From positions 25,190 through 89,189 of the forward strand of contig JBBSPC010000001.1 of the NCBI GenBank assembly GCA_038259125.1: 64,000 nucleotides of DNA, given 5' to 3'. Each line of letters begins with the position of its first letter. Positions within the stretch are counted from its first letter, which is position 1. Under the pieces are notes generated by a model. It was not told where the DNA came from, did no database searches, and worked only from the letters and a program-made list of their open reading frames with translations. The stretch is from Chroococcales cyanobacterium. GTDB taxonomy: Bacteria; Cyanobacteriota; Cyanobacteriia; Cyanobacteriales; Xenococcaceae. Shown piece by piece: positions 35,301 to 44,419 of this stretch. Position numbers and translations under genes: made by a program.

Positions 35301-35444
35301 GCCTGGAGCCAAAAAGGTTTGATTTACACTAAGAATGCTCAATATAATGAAGCCTGTGATACCTATCGACAATCTCGTTTAAGTATTCCTAATTCCCAGA
35401 TAATCCTTGATTCTATGAAAATTTTAGGCTGCCGAATTGAATAG
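32304..35444 (+). CDS. Tandem Ser/Thr kinase-like domains, TM helix and TPR array
   Basis: Two Hanks-type folds (HRDVQPIH/NFG; HRNIRPSN/DFG), hydrophobic LPALIGLLGLIFLLG segment, and many TPR repeats. Confidence 0.88.
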   Translation: MSTPDRYLFNSAFKVTNSEKKMHVPGSIIGNRYQIIQKLGREEIRKTYLAKDLQATGDARCAVEQLSPVCNKTNWQLIKQHLIKEVEVLKRLGDHPQIPQFYNYFIEDQQFYLVREYIDGDNLEQEVERKVLDEAKVIPLMQDALRILDFVHKTNVIHRDVQPIHLVRRKRDNNFVLINFGAIREIESTTLNFQGEVISGKSLGDWAYIAPEQQSGESNFSSDIYALAQTAIYALTGKSPQELEQANTTWQSQCQISSKLEAILSRMTLFNIEERYPSALEVLYDLRPLLRLKQTVGGRYAITRYLGGKRRIETYLADNLRRQYQSPCLIKQIELPNVQGNGETTIEKRFVEELSILERLGYHEQIPQLRDHFTENDEFYLVQEYIPGENLALKIEQQDLSATQIINILISTLGVLNFIHQNHIIHRNIRPSNLLIRPEDQQVVLTDFGILADIGTLPNATLDSSQTQDKQNYCSPEQIAGRPTISSDLYALGMTAIEALTKIKPGRFSRDRHTGKLLWQENLAVDRRLAKIIDKMVYLDLGQRYQSASKILDDLRKIKSVSNLATRKPLKQKQRKTANHPQSQSQFKLPVLPALIGLLGLIFLLGSIEFAFPTVRPIYYWYQGKKLLPKKPQAALNIFTKAIELKPGSSLAWSGRGDALYDLGRYSKALEAYSEALESSKADFKIWKKQGDSYYQLEQFTKAIAAYNRALELEQDDGELYNHKGKALYELQNYPAALSMQDSAIALDESNAEFLSDHAKNLLALNKYYEALTVLNRVQAIKHSSVELWQDKPLVLAALDRPQEAKRVNQEIIGNYQKLLQTQPQDAQIWLTQAEFFANSQMYQKAVNSFEQAIKLQPSFYQAWLGKGKALAELNQGQKALTALDKALQIRPESYLAWQAKGQVYQNQQNNLAEAIASYDRAIAFNPNYAPLWRDRGLAFNQQQNYMQGIESLTKASKIAPQDQATWIGLATAWDIVGQDTKALNALDRALEIQPQNVDAWSQKGLIYTKNAQYNEACDTYRQSRLSIPNSQIILDSMKILGCRIE

Positions 35445-35515
35445 ATTTACTCGAAGAATCAAAACTGGTAAGTAATCTTGACAGGATATATTATTTTGGT
35501 TTATTATTCAACTAT

Positions 35516-35839
35516 ATGGTTGAATGTAATCCTAGCCTTAATATGATTTTTGGTGCTCTCGCGGATGCAACACGGAGAGACATCCTTAAGCGTGCATCGA
35601 GAGAAGAACTCACTATAAGCCAATTAGCAGAATCCTATGCCATGTCTTTGGCAGCGATCGCAAAACATATAAGTGTGCTTGAGAAAGCAGGACTTATTAC
35701 TAAACATCGAAGCGGTAAAAAAAAAGTTGTTCAAATTACACCAAAAACTATCAAAGTAGCAGCAGCCCATCTCAGCGAATACGAAAAAACATGGGGCGAT
35801 CGCTTTGATGCTTTGGAAAAATTGTTAGAAGAAGAGTAG
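35516..35839 (+). CDS. ArsR/SmtB family HTH regulator
   Basis: FGALADATRRDIL..TISQLA..MSLAAIAKHISVLEKAGLI; no obvious metal-binding Cys. Confidence 0.88.
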   Translation: MVECNPSLNMIFGALADATRRDILKRASREELTISQLAESYAMSLAAIAKHISVLEKAGLITKHRSGKKKVVQITPKTIKVAAAHLSEYEKTWGDRFDALEKLLEEE

Positions 35840-35859
35840 AAAATTAGGAATATAATCTT

Positions 35860-36339
35860 ATGGCACATTTAAAAGTGATAGTCCCAGAGAATTCACAAAA
35901 TATCTTGGGTATGGTGACAATTAACGCTCCATTAGAAAAGGTATTTGAAGCGTATATCAAAGAGGAACTCTTTGCGGTCTGGTGGTGTCGCGGTAATCCG
36001 ATGAAAGTGCATCACTTTAATTGTGAAACTGGTGGGAGTTGGCACGTTGCCGAGCAATCAGAAGACGGTAACGAGTATAAGTTTACTGGTTGTTTTCACG
36101 AAGTAGCTCAAAATAAACGGATTGTGCAGACGTTTGAATTCTTGGGTATGCCAGAACGGGGACACGTAATGTTGGAAAAAGCTGAGTTTACAGCGGTTGA
36201 CGCACATACGACTGAGATTCGTACACACAGCACCGCGATGAGCAAAAAAGACCGTGACAGTATGGTCGCAAGCGGAATGGAAAGTGGCTGGCGTCAGTCA
36301 GTTGAAGCTCTCGGTAAACTATTAGAATCAAGAAACTAA
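35860..36339 (+). CDS. SRPBCC (Aha1-like) ligand-binding protein
   Basis: INAPLEKVFEAY..WW..GGSW..RIVQTFEF..GMESGWRQSVEALGKLL. Confidence 0.85.
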   Translation: MAHLKVIVPENSQNILGMVTINAPLEKVFEAYIKEELFAVWWCRGNPMKVHHFNCETGGSWHVAEQSEDGNEYKFTGCFHEVAQNKRIVQTFEFLGMPERGHVMLEKAEFTAVDAHTTEIRTHSTAMSKKDRDSMVASGMESGWRQSVEALGKLLESRN

Positions 36340-36403
36340 CTAAGCGAATTACTCAGTCTATCTGACCCTCTAATGTTAATATACGAATCTTTTCTCAAGT
36401 AGA

Positions 36404-37207
36404 TTAACTGGGATTAATTTCAGGAGCTTGATAAATAGGATGTTGCCCAATATTCTTGGCTGTCTCTACAGGCGATAGTATTTCGACAGCCGCTTTTTTA
36501 GCTTTCATTTTGCCTATAGGGGGAATTTCTAATAAATCCCTTGTTCCCGTAGCTGCTTGACCAAAAAACAATAGCAGTGCCAAGCAATTAAGAATTATAT
36601 GAATATTGCGGATGGTTAGACTGCGATAGATATCGTCCAAGATTGCCAGAGAAAAAATCATCAGCAAGGATACGGCAATTCCATAATAGTAATGTGACCA
36701 ATACCATTCGTCAGGCAATCGCCAAACCCCATCCTGTTGACCCAGAATAATCAAGCCCATGCCTGTCATAGTCGCAAAAACACCCCGCCACAGCTTAGGT
36801 CTGGATCGTAGCAGCAGAATCAATGAAGCAATTGTAGCCACAAATAATAAAATGATCAAAATCGCCTGGAGATTATTCTTTTCCCAAAGTTTGCCATCGA
36901 TAAAGCTTTTATGGACAATTGAATAAGCGATCGCAATTAAAGCCACAATAACTACGCTAGCAGCCAGCCAACGACCAACCTGGACGTGTTCTCGACCGAC
37001 AACCGCAGGAATTTTGCTTTTTCCTTTTTTGTTTTCTAAGCGACGCTGACGAGTTTGCCAGGCAAAATTGGCGACTATGCCTACCATAGGAAAAACAAAG
37101 GCAACTACTAGTATCGGGTGAATCAGACCAGCTAAATCTGCACTTCCAAGATTACTAAAAGCGAAATAGTTTTGATGGGCAATTAAAGTCCATGTAGAGA
37201 TATTCAT
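36404..37207 (-). CDS. DUF4079 family membrane protein
   Basis: IHPI..AWQTRQRRL..VVGREHVQVGRWL..SHYYYG..GQAATGTRDLLEIP. Confidence 0.75.
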   Translation of the reverse strand: MNISTWTLIAHQNYFAFSNLGSADLAGLIHPILVVAFVFPMVGIVANFAWQTRQRRLENKKGKSKIPAVVGREHVQVGRWLAASVVIVALIAIAYSIVHKSFIDGKLWEKNNLQAILIILLFVATIASLILLLRSRPKLWRGVFATMTGMGLIILGQQDGVWRLPDEWYWSHYYYGIAVSLLMIFSLAILDDIYRSLTIRNIHIILNCLALLLFFGQAATGTRDLLEIPPIGKMKAKKAAVEILSPVETAKNIGQHPIYQAPEINPS

Positions 37208-37309
37208 AGTGGTTAAAAATTATGGATAATTAGCTTAAAGATTCTCAACGTTCTCTCAGTAAGTTAAAACACAATTATGAAAACAGACTGAGTTTCTTCT
37301 GATTTTAAA

Positions 37310-37468
37310 ATGTGTTACCGATCGCATTGTCAAGATGTTGATAATGTCTTAGTAATTATTCCTGTATATAACGAAAAAGCAACAATTGCTGCTGCAATTA
37401 AAAATTTGCCAAGCTTTGGCTTGACTAAAATTCGGGTAGTAGACAACGGCAGTAGCGATCGCAATTGA
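37310..37468 (+). pseudogene. GT2 glycosyltransferase N-terminal remnant (52 aa)
   Basis: MCYRSHCQDVDNVLVIIPVYNEKATIAAAIKNLPSFGLTKIRVVDNGSSDRN*; similarity ends at HIP1 37455-37462. Confidence 0.75.
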
Positions 37469-37546
37469 ATCTCACAGACACTGAAACATGGCTGTTATGG
37501 CTACCTTTTATTTTCGGCTATTGTTGGAGTCTGTGGCGATCGCAGA

Positions 37547-38362
37547 CTAATCTAGATCTGCTTTAATTGCCAACTGTAACATTCCTTGAGTAATGCCAGG
37601 AAACAAACGATATAAAAAACTAGGCAGTTTGGCAGATCCAACTATTATCTCTGCTTGAGGGTGCTTAACTGCATTCAAAATCGCTTTAGCCACATCTTCA
37701 GGTTGACTAGATAAAGGACTAGACATCATTTGCTTCATTTTTTGGCGATCGCTATCTTTAAATATTGCCCGTTCTAAAAAGTCCGTATTGGTAACGCTGG
37801 GATGTACTCCAGAAACATGAATACCTTGAGGTTCTAATTCTAAGCGTAAGGTTTCTGTCATGCCGACAATAGCGTGTTTACTTGTGCAGTATGCCGTCAT
37901 TTTCGGTAGGGGTACTTTTCCCCCAAACGAACCAACATTGATAATATTGCCCTGCTTTCTAGCTAAAAAATGAGGGAGAAGGGCATTAATCGTGTAAATA
38001 TAGCCCCAAAGGTTAACGTTAATAATTTTTTCCCAATCTTCGATGGTAGTTTTTGCCATTGGCGCGCTCATACAAACACCAGCGTTATTGACTAAAACAT
38101 CAATTTGCGAAAAACGTTCTAAACCCAAATTCATCAAAGCTTCTATGGCACTGCGATCGCTTGTGTCGGTAGTGATTGCTAGTGCTTGCCTGTCCAAACT
38201 TCTTATTTCTTCGGCAACAGACTCTAATCTATCCTTAGTGCGGGCAGTAATAATTAAATCGTAACCATTTTTGGCAAATAATAAGGCAGTAGCTTTACCG
38301 ATGCCTTGAGATGCACCAGTGATAAAAGCAGTAGGAGACATAGTGTTTAGAAAAGTAATCAA
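37547..38362 (-). CDS. Short-chain dehydrogenase/reductase
   Basis: TGASQGIG, NNAG, catalytic YCTSK. Confidence 0.92.
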   Translation of the reverse strand: MITFLNTMSPTAFITGASQGIGKATALLFAKNGYDLIITARTKDRLESVAEEIRSLDRQALAITTDTSDRSAIEALMNLGLERFSQIDVLVNNAGVCMSAPMAKTTIEDWEKIINVNLWGYIYTINALLPHFLARKQGNIINVGSFGGKVPLPKMTAYCTSKHAIVGMTETLRLELEPQGIHVSGVHPSVTNTDFLERAIFKDSDRQKMKQMMSSPLSSQPEDVAKAILNAVKHPQAEIIVGSAKLPSFLYRLFPGITQGMLQLAIKADLD

Positions 38363-38672
38363 CGTTATTTATAATCTTACGAATTAATAGTTAGTTGAGA
38401 CATCAACAAAAAGATATAAAAAATCCTCAGAATCTCTTTGACCTCAACAAAGCCAGGAAATTGTCGTAAAAACTCGTAAATCTATCTTTAGCAATAGCTA
38501 AAAACCCTCAATACTAGCAAGATTGCAAAACTTTTACAAATTGAATCGAGCTACCATTAAGTTAAGAATTATTTATTAAATATTTAGTTATTAAACCTTC
38601 TGCCGTCTGCCTTCAACGGCGAAGCCAGATAAATACAATAGTCAGACGAGGTTTGGATCTTGGGGAATATAA

Positions 38673-40094
38673 ATGAAAATAGCTATAAATAAATCAAAAA
38701 AGCGTTACAACATCTTCATCCCAGTTTTGGTAGCATTAGGCTTGATTTTAATTGGTTTTACTACTTACCGTTTTGTCAAAAGTTCTAAATCAGATGTAGA
38801 TATCAATGCTCTAACCGTCCCGGTAAATAAAGAAAATTTAAATGTAGAGATTGCAGCTAGCGGTAGAGTAGAGCCAATCAAAAGCGTCAACGTTAGTCCC
38901 AAAGAGCCAGCGCGGTTAATCAAATTACTAGTAGAGCAAGGCGATCGCGTTACCGCAGGACAAACTCTAGCCATTATGGAAAACGCCGAACTAGGAGTGG
39001 AAATTTCTCAAGCAAGAGCCGATTTCAAACAAACCCGCGCTAGCCTTACCGAAGGCAAAGCCAACGTAAACGCCGAAATTGCTCAAGCAGAAGCTAGGCT
39101 CAAACAAGCGCAAGCTAAATTAGATCAGGCTCAAAATAGAATTCCTGCCGATATTAAGCAAACTCAGTCACAAATTGCTGCTGCCGAATCTCGTTTAAGA
39201 CTTGGGCAAGAACGACTCAAACGCAATAAATATCTTTTGCGACAGGGAGCTATTACTCAAGATGCCTTCGATGAAATTACCAATAACTATCAAAACGCCC
39301 AATCTGAGATTAAGGAATTACGTCAACGACTAGAACAGTTCAAGAGTACAGGAGGCTCAGAAGTAGAACAACTCAAAGCAGAAATAAATGAAGCTAAAAT
39401 CTCTCTCGAACAAAAACAGGCAACTGCACCTGATGAAATAGCTGGATTAGAAGCATCCGCAGAAAAAGCAGAAGCATCCCTGAAGCAGTCAGAAATTCAA
39501 TATGCCGATAGCATAGTCAAAGCTCCTTTTACAGGTGTAGTGACGCAAAGATACGCCGTGGAGGGTTCTTTTGTTGCCCCAAGTACTTCTGGCTCTAGTA
39601 CCGCCTCAGCTTCTGCCACCTCAATCTTGGCATTAGCTCAAGGATTGGAAGTAATTGCCAAAGTTCCAGAATTAGATGTAGGACAGCTACAGCCAGGACA
39701 AAAAGTTAAGATTGTCGCCGATGCTTACCCAGATCAAGTATTTACGGGTGAAATCAAACGCATTGCCCCTGAAGCAGTAATTGAAGAAGAGGTCACATCT
39801 TTTGAAGTACGGGTCAAGCTACTTACAGGCGAGAATGTACTACGCTCTAAAATGAATGTTGATGTCACTTTTATCGGCAAAGAACTAAATAATAGCTTGG
39901 TAGTTCCCACCGTGGCTATATTTACCCAAAATGGAAAACAAGGGGTAATGATACCTGATGCTGAAAACAAGCCCAAATTTCAGCCTGTCAAAATAGGACT
40001 GTATTTAGGTGATAAAACCCAAATTATTGATGGAGTTGAGCCTAATCAAAAAGTATTTATCGATCTACCCAATCAGAAAAAGAAAGAAAAATAA
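38673..40094 (+). CDS. HlyD-family periplasmic adaptor (efflux membrane-fusion protein)
   Basis: N-terminal TM, ASGRVEP..V, long coiled coil, VKAPFTG.V, LQPGQKV.I..DAYP. Confidence 0.88.
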   Translation: MKIAINKSKKRYNIFIPVLVALGLILIGFTTYRFVKSSKSDVDINALTVPVNKENLNVEIAASGRVEPIKSVNVSPKEPARLIKLLVEQGDRVTAGQTLAIMENAELGVEISQARADFKQTRASLTEGKANVNAEIAQAEARLKQAQAKLDQAQNRIPADIKQTQSQIAAAESRLRLGQERLKRNKYLLRQGAITQDAFDEITNNYQNAQSEIKELRQRLEQFKSTGGSEVEQLKAEINEAKISLEQKQATAPDEIAGLEASAEKAEASLKQSEIQYADSIVKAPFTGVVTQRYAVEGSFVAPSTSGSSTASASATSILALAQGLEVIAKVPELDVGQLQPGQKVKIVADAYPDQVFTGEIKRIAPEAVIEEEVTSFEVRVKLLTGENVLRSKMNVDVTFIGKELNNSLVVPTVAIFTQNGKQGVMIPDAENKPKFQPVKIGLYLGDKTQIIDGVEPNQKVFIDLPNQKKKEK

Positions 40095-40111
40095 TTGTTA
40101 TTTGATACTTT

Positions 40112-41203
40112 TTAACCACCTACGCGGAATTCAATTACATCTCCTTCTTGAACAAGATAATCTTTACCTTCTAAGCGCAGTAAGCCCTTCTCTTTAGCAC
40201 CATTTTTAGAACCCGTGGCGATTAAATCTTCATAGCTGATTGTTTCTGCTTTAATAAATTTCTTTTCAAAGTCAGTATGAATTACCGCTGCTGCTTGAGG
40301 TGCTTTTGTGCCAGCAATAATTGTCCAGGCGCGGGTTTCTTGCTCTCCTGTGGTGAGATAGGTATGTAAGCCTAAAAGATCGTAGGTAGCTCTAATCAGA
40401 GATTTTAAACCCCCTTCTTCTACTCCTAAAGCTTCCAAAAAATCTTTAGTTTCGGCTTCTGATAATTCAACTAACTCCGACTCAACCTGAGCAGAAACTA
40501 CCACTACCTTAGCCTCTTCATCTTTAGCAAACTCTCTGACTGACTCTACCCAAGGGTTACCCGTCGCTAAATCATCCTCGGCAACATTGGTAGCGTAAAT
40601 TATTGGTTTATTGGTCAGTAAGCCCAGTTGTTTAATCATCAACAAGTCATCTTCAGATAAATCCAGGCTGCGAGCAGATTTACCATCGTTTAAAACTTTA
40701 CTAATCTTTTCTAATAGCTCAACCTCGGCTTGAGCATTTTTATCATTCTTTGCCTGTTTACGTAGTCTGGTGATGCGCTTTTCAACCTGAGCCAAATCTG
40801 CTAAAACTAGCTCTAAATTAATTACCTCAATATCTCGTACAGGATCTACAGAACCATCAACATGAATAATGTCGTCATCATCAAAGCAACGAACCATGTG
40901 AACAATGGCATCAACCTCACGAATATTAGCGAGAAATTGATTGCCCAACCCTTCTCCTTTGCTTGCACCCTTAACCAAACCCGCAATATCGACAAACTCG
41001 ATTCTCGTTGGCACGATTTTTTGCGAGTTATTCAATTTAGCCAGTACTTCTAAACGTGCATCAGGTACGGATACTACGCCGACATTGGGTTCAATGGTAC
41101 AAAAAGGGAAATTGGCGGCTTCTGCCTTAGCGTTGGCAACTAAGGCATTGAACATAGTAGATTTACCTACGTTTGGTAATCCAACGATTCCTGCTCTTAA
41201 CAT
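40112..41203 (-). CDS. ychF: Redox-regulated ATPase YchF
   Basis: [51 protein letters not shown]. Confidence 0.97.
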   Translation of the reverse strand: MLRAGIVGLPNVGKSTMFNALVANAKAEAANFPFCTIEPNVGVVSVPDARLEVLAKLNNSQKIVPTRIEFVDIAGLVKGASKGEGLGNQFLANIREVDAIVHMVRCFDDDDIIHVDGSVDPVRDIEVINLELVLADLAQVEKRITRLRKQAKNDKNAQAEVELLEKISKVLNDGKSARSLDLSEDDLLMIKQLGLLTNKPIIYATNVAEDDLATGNPWVESVREFAKDEEAKVVVVSAQVESELVELSEAETKDFLEALGVEEGGLKSLIRATYDLLGLHTYLTTGEQETRAWTIIAGTKAPQAAAVIHTDFEKKFIKAETISYEDLIATGSKNGAKEKGLLRLEGKDYLVQEGDVIEFRVGG

Positions 41204-41227
41204 GACGACTTATTTAGACTTATTGCT

Positions 41228-41979
41228 TTAGTCTGCTAATTTTACTGCATTACAACTAGATAACTCAAACATATAGCCTCTGCCCCAAACAGTTTTGATA
41301 AAGTCGCTATTAAGATCGCCAATTTTTTTACGAATTCGACCAACATGAATATCGACTTTACGATCGTCTCCATCGTAGTCATCTTTATTCCAAATTGCAG
41401 AAATTAATTCAGCTCGATCCCATACTCGATTAGGATTATTTGCCAAGAAATATAGTAAATCAAATTCTAAGGCAGTCAGGGGAATTATGCGCCCGTTTAA
41501 AATAACTTCGCGTCGATAAAAATCAATTTTTAAGTTGTCTAAAATTATCGAATTATTCAGAGTTGGCTGTGGGTCATTTGTAGCCCTTCTTCTAAATAAC
41601 GCATCAATTCTAGCTTTGAGAATTTGCAAATCGAAAGGTTTACTAATATAGTCATCTGCTCCTCTAGAAAATGCTTCTAAAATATAGTTATTGTCTGTCA
41701 TGGAACTTAGCATAATAATCATGACATTAGTTTTACGCATTTCTTCGCAGAGAGTTAATCCAGTATCATCAGGTAGATTGACATCTAGAATTACTAAGTT
41801 TGGCTGAAACTCTTGGAACTTTTCTCTGGCTATTCTACAATTAGAAGCAATTTCAGTAAGATAATTATTGTAGCCAAGGAATCTGTTCAGCAAATGCTGT
41901 AGGGCTGCATCGTCATCTACAATCAGAATTTTTTTTTTTGCTTTTCTAAAATATTGTAATAGTTATTCAATAAATACAC
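41228..41979 (-). CDS. OmpR-family response regulator; probable true 5' end out of frame across an A11 tract
   Basis: REC (LDVNLP, KPFD) plus winged helix (TVWGRGY). The beta1 ILIVDDD lies in frame upstream of the track start 41893 with no canonical start codon. GTG 41979 with an AAGGA RBS is one base out of frame. Confidence 0.8.
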
Positions 41980-42285
41980 TTGTTATATATCCTTTTGGTT
42001 ATTAATTTTACTTTTTCAAAGAATATCAGAGTAAATACGCAATAGACGACAGTAGAAGCCGTTTTTTTACTGAATCTTTATCTGTGAGGCAGTCTGTATA
42101 AAGTTATGGTTAAACAATTATATTTCTCGGTAAAAACAGCAAGTTTAGCTTAATTAATCGATAAACTAAAAAGCTTGCTTTTAAAATAATTAATTTAATA
42201 ATTTTAGCGGTTCTCATTTTAATAAGGTAGGTTAATAAGGTACGGTTGTAATGCTCTAGTTTTGTTAATTAATGATAAATAGCCG

Positions 42286-43755
42286 ATGATGGAGACTCCT
42301 TTATTAAATGCTTTAAGAAAATCTGCTCACAAATCTCATGCAGCTTTTTATGCCCCTGGACACAAACAGGGTAAAGGAGTTAGCGATAATATTAAAGACT
42401 TAATAGGAAGTGCAGTATTTGAAGCAGATTTACCAGAGTTACCAGAATTAGATAACTTATTTGCTCCAGAAGGCGTAATTAATGAGGCGCAGAAATTAGC
42501 AGCAAATACTTTTGGCGCAGAGAAAACTTGGTTTCTAGTTAATGGCTCTACCTGTGGCATTATGGCAAGTATTTTAGCTATCTGTGGTGCAGGGGATAAG
42601 ATAATCTTACCGAGAAATATCCATCAATCGGCGATCGCAGGTTTAGTTCTTTCTGGAGCAATACCGATATTTATTAATCCCGAATATGATGCTCAAGAAG
42701 GATTAGCTTATAACGTGACTCCAGAAGCGGTTCAACAAGCTTTAAAGGCACATCCTGATACTAAAGCCGTGATGATGCTTCATCCCACTTACCAAGGAGT
42801 TTGCGCTGATTTAAAAGCGATCGCTAGAATTACCCATAAATATAATATTCCGCTACTGGTAGATGAGGCTCATGGCGCACACTTTGCCTTTGATGATAAT
42901 TTGCCTCCTGCTGCCATGAGTGTTGGTGCAGACTTAACTGTACAGTCTACTCATAAAGTCTTGAGTGCTATGACTCAGGCATCTATGCTGCATATTCAGG
43001 GCAAGAGAATTTGCGATCGCCGAATCAGCAAAGCCTTACAGTTGGTTCAATCTACAAGTCCTAGTTATCTGCTGCTTGCCTCTTTAGACGCAGCTAGACA
43101 ACAAATGGCAACCAAAGGCAAAGAGCTAATAAGTCGCACTATCTCCTTAGCTATCGAAGCCAGAAATCAATTAGCTAAGATCCCGAACTTATCGGTATTT
43201 AAACCAAACACAAGTCCTGGCTGCCAACACTTTGACTGCACTAGACTAACCCTCAATGTGTCACAACTGGGCATCACTGGCTTTGAAGCTGACGAAATAC
43301 TCCACGAACAACTAGGAGTAACCTGCGAATTACCTTTGCTGCATCACCTAACTTTTATTATCTCCTTGGGCAACACTTTTGAGGACATCCAAAAACTTAT
43401 CCAAGCCTGCACAACTCTTGCTCAATCAACCAAGGATTTACCTACTCATCATCCCTCATCCTTTGTTCCTTATTCCTCGTCCTTTGTTCCTTATTCCTCG
43501 TCCTTTGTTCCTTATTCCTCATCTTCCCCAAGAGATTGCTACTTTGCTCCTACTCTAAGCGTACCTATTAAACAAGCAGGCGATCGCCTTTGTGGTGAAT
43601 TAATTTGTCCCTATCCCCCAGGAATTCCTGTCTTAATGCCTGGAGAAAAAATTACCCCCCAAACAATTGACTACTTACAGCAAGTGCTAGCTGCGGGAGG
43701 AACTATTACAGGGTGTAACGATCCTACGCTGAAAACAATACAAGTACTGAAATAG
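42286..43755 (+). CDS. Orn/Lys/Arg decarboxylase family PLP enzyme
   Basis: PGHKQG, LVNGSTCG, LVDEAHGAH, QSTHK (PLP Lys), STSPSY, PYPPGIP. Confidence 0.92.
   Translation: MMETPLLNALRKSAHKSHAAFYAPGHKQGKGVSDNIKDLIGSAVFEADLPELPELDNLFAPEGVINEAQKLAANTFGAEKTWFLVNGSTCGIMASILAICGAGDKIILPRNIHQSAIAGLVLSGAIPIFINPEYDAQEGLAYNVTPEAVQQALKAHPDTKAVMMLHPTYQGVCADLKAIARITHKYNIPLLVDEAHGAHFAFDDNLPPAAMSVGADLTVQSTHKVLSAMTQASMLHIQGKRICDRRISKALQLVQSTSPSYLLLASLDAARQQMATKGKELISRTISLAIEARNQLAKIPNLSVFKPNTSPGCQHFDCTRLTLNVSQLGITGFEADEILHEQLGVTCELPLLHHLTFIISLGNTFEDIQKLIQACTTLAQSTKDLPTHHPSSFVPYSSSFVPYSSSFVPYSSSSPRDCYFAPTLSVPIKQAGDRLCGELICPYPPGIPVLMPGEKITPQTIDYLQQVLAAGGTITGCNDPTLKTIQVLK
43459..43521 (+). repeat. In-frame 21-bp tandem repeat x3
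   Basis: TCCTTTGTTCCTTATTCCTC(G/A) x3, encoding SFVPYSS repeats. Confidence 0.95.
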
Positions 43756-43798
43756 AACTTAAGTAGGTAAACTAAAAACTAAAAACTAAAAACCAATT

Positions 43799-44389
43799 AT
43801 GCTTTGGCCTTACAAAACCCCTGGTATTCCCGATAAATTGTTTGAGCGTCTGCCTGGAATTCCTCTAAGTAAAAGAGAAGTACGCATTTTAATTATTTCC
43901 TCGCTGCGAATGAAGCCAGATTCAGTCCTGTGGGATATTGGTGCTGGGACAGGAACAATACCTGTAGAGATTGGTTTGCTTTGCCCTCAAGGACAAATTA
44001 TTGCCATAGAAAGAGATGATGAGGTGGCAAAATTAATTAAGCGTAATTGCGATCGCTTTGAAGTTAATAATGTCAAGGTAGTCCAGGGAAGTGCGCCCGA
44101 ATGTTTAGAAGATATACAGCCAAAACCAGATCTGGTTTGTATTGAAGGAGGTAAACCTATTAAAGACATACTCAAGCAAACTTGGAAATACCTTCAGCCA
44201 GAAGGACGTATTGTTGCTACCGTTAGTAATTTAGAAAATCTTTATATTATTTCTGAAGGTTTAGCAGAACTTCAGGCTCGCAATATCGAGGTTGTTCAGT
44301 CGGCAGTAAATCGTCTGGAAACAAGAGGAATTCATCAGACTTTTGCAGCGGTTAATCCGATGTTTATTCTCAGTGGCGAAAAACTATAG
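43799..44389 (+). CDS. cbiT: Precorrin-6Y C15-methyltransferase (decarboxylating)
   Basis: PGIPD..F..GIPLSKREVR, LWDIGAGTGTI. Confidence 0.92.
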   Translation: MLWPYKTPGIPDKLFERLPGIPLSKREVRILIISSLRMKPDSVLWDIGAGTGTIPVEIGLLCPQGQIIAIERDDEVAKLIKRNCDRFEVNNVKVVQGSAPECLEDIQPKPDLVCIEGGKPIKDILKQTWKYLQPEGRIVATVSNLENLYIISEGLAELQARNIEVVQSAVNRLETRGIHQTFAAVNPMFILSGEKL

Positions 44390-44419
44390 CATTACGGGTT
44401 TAACATTGTCGTGGGTTTG

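Noticed and set aside
38673-40094. Orphan membrane-fusion protein as a novel system
   Set aside because: Stand-alone HlyD-family adaptors are common in cyanobacteria and nothing else here is unusual.
43459-43521. CRISPR-like array
   Set aside because: The units are contiguous with no spacers, lie inside a CDS, and no cas genes are present.
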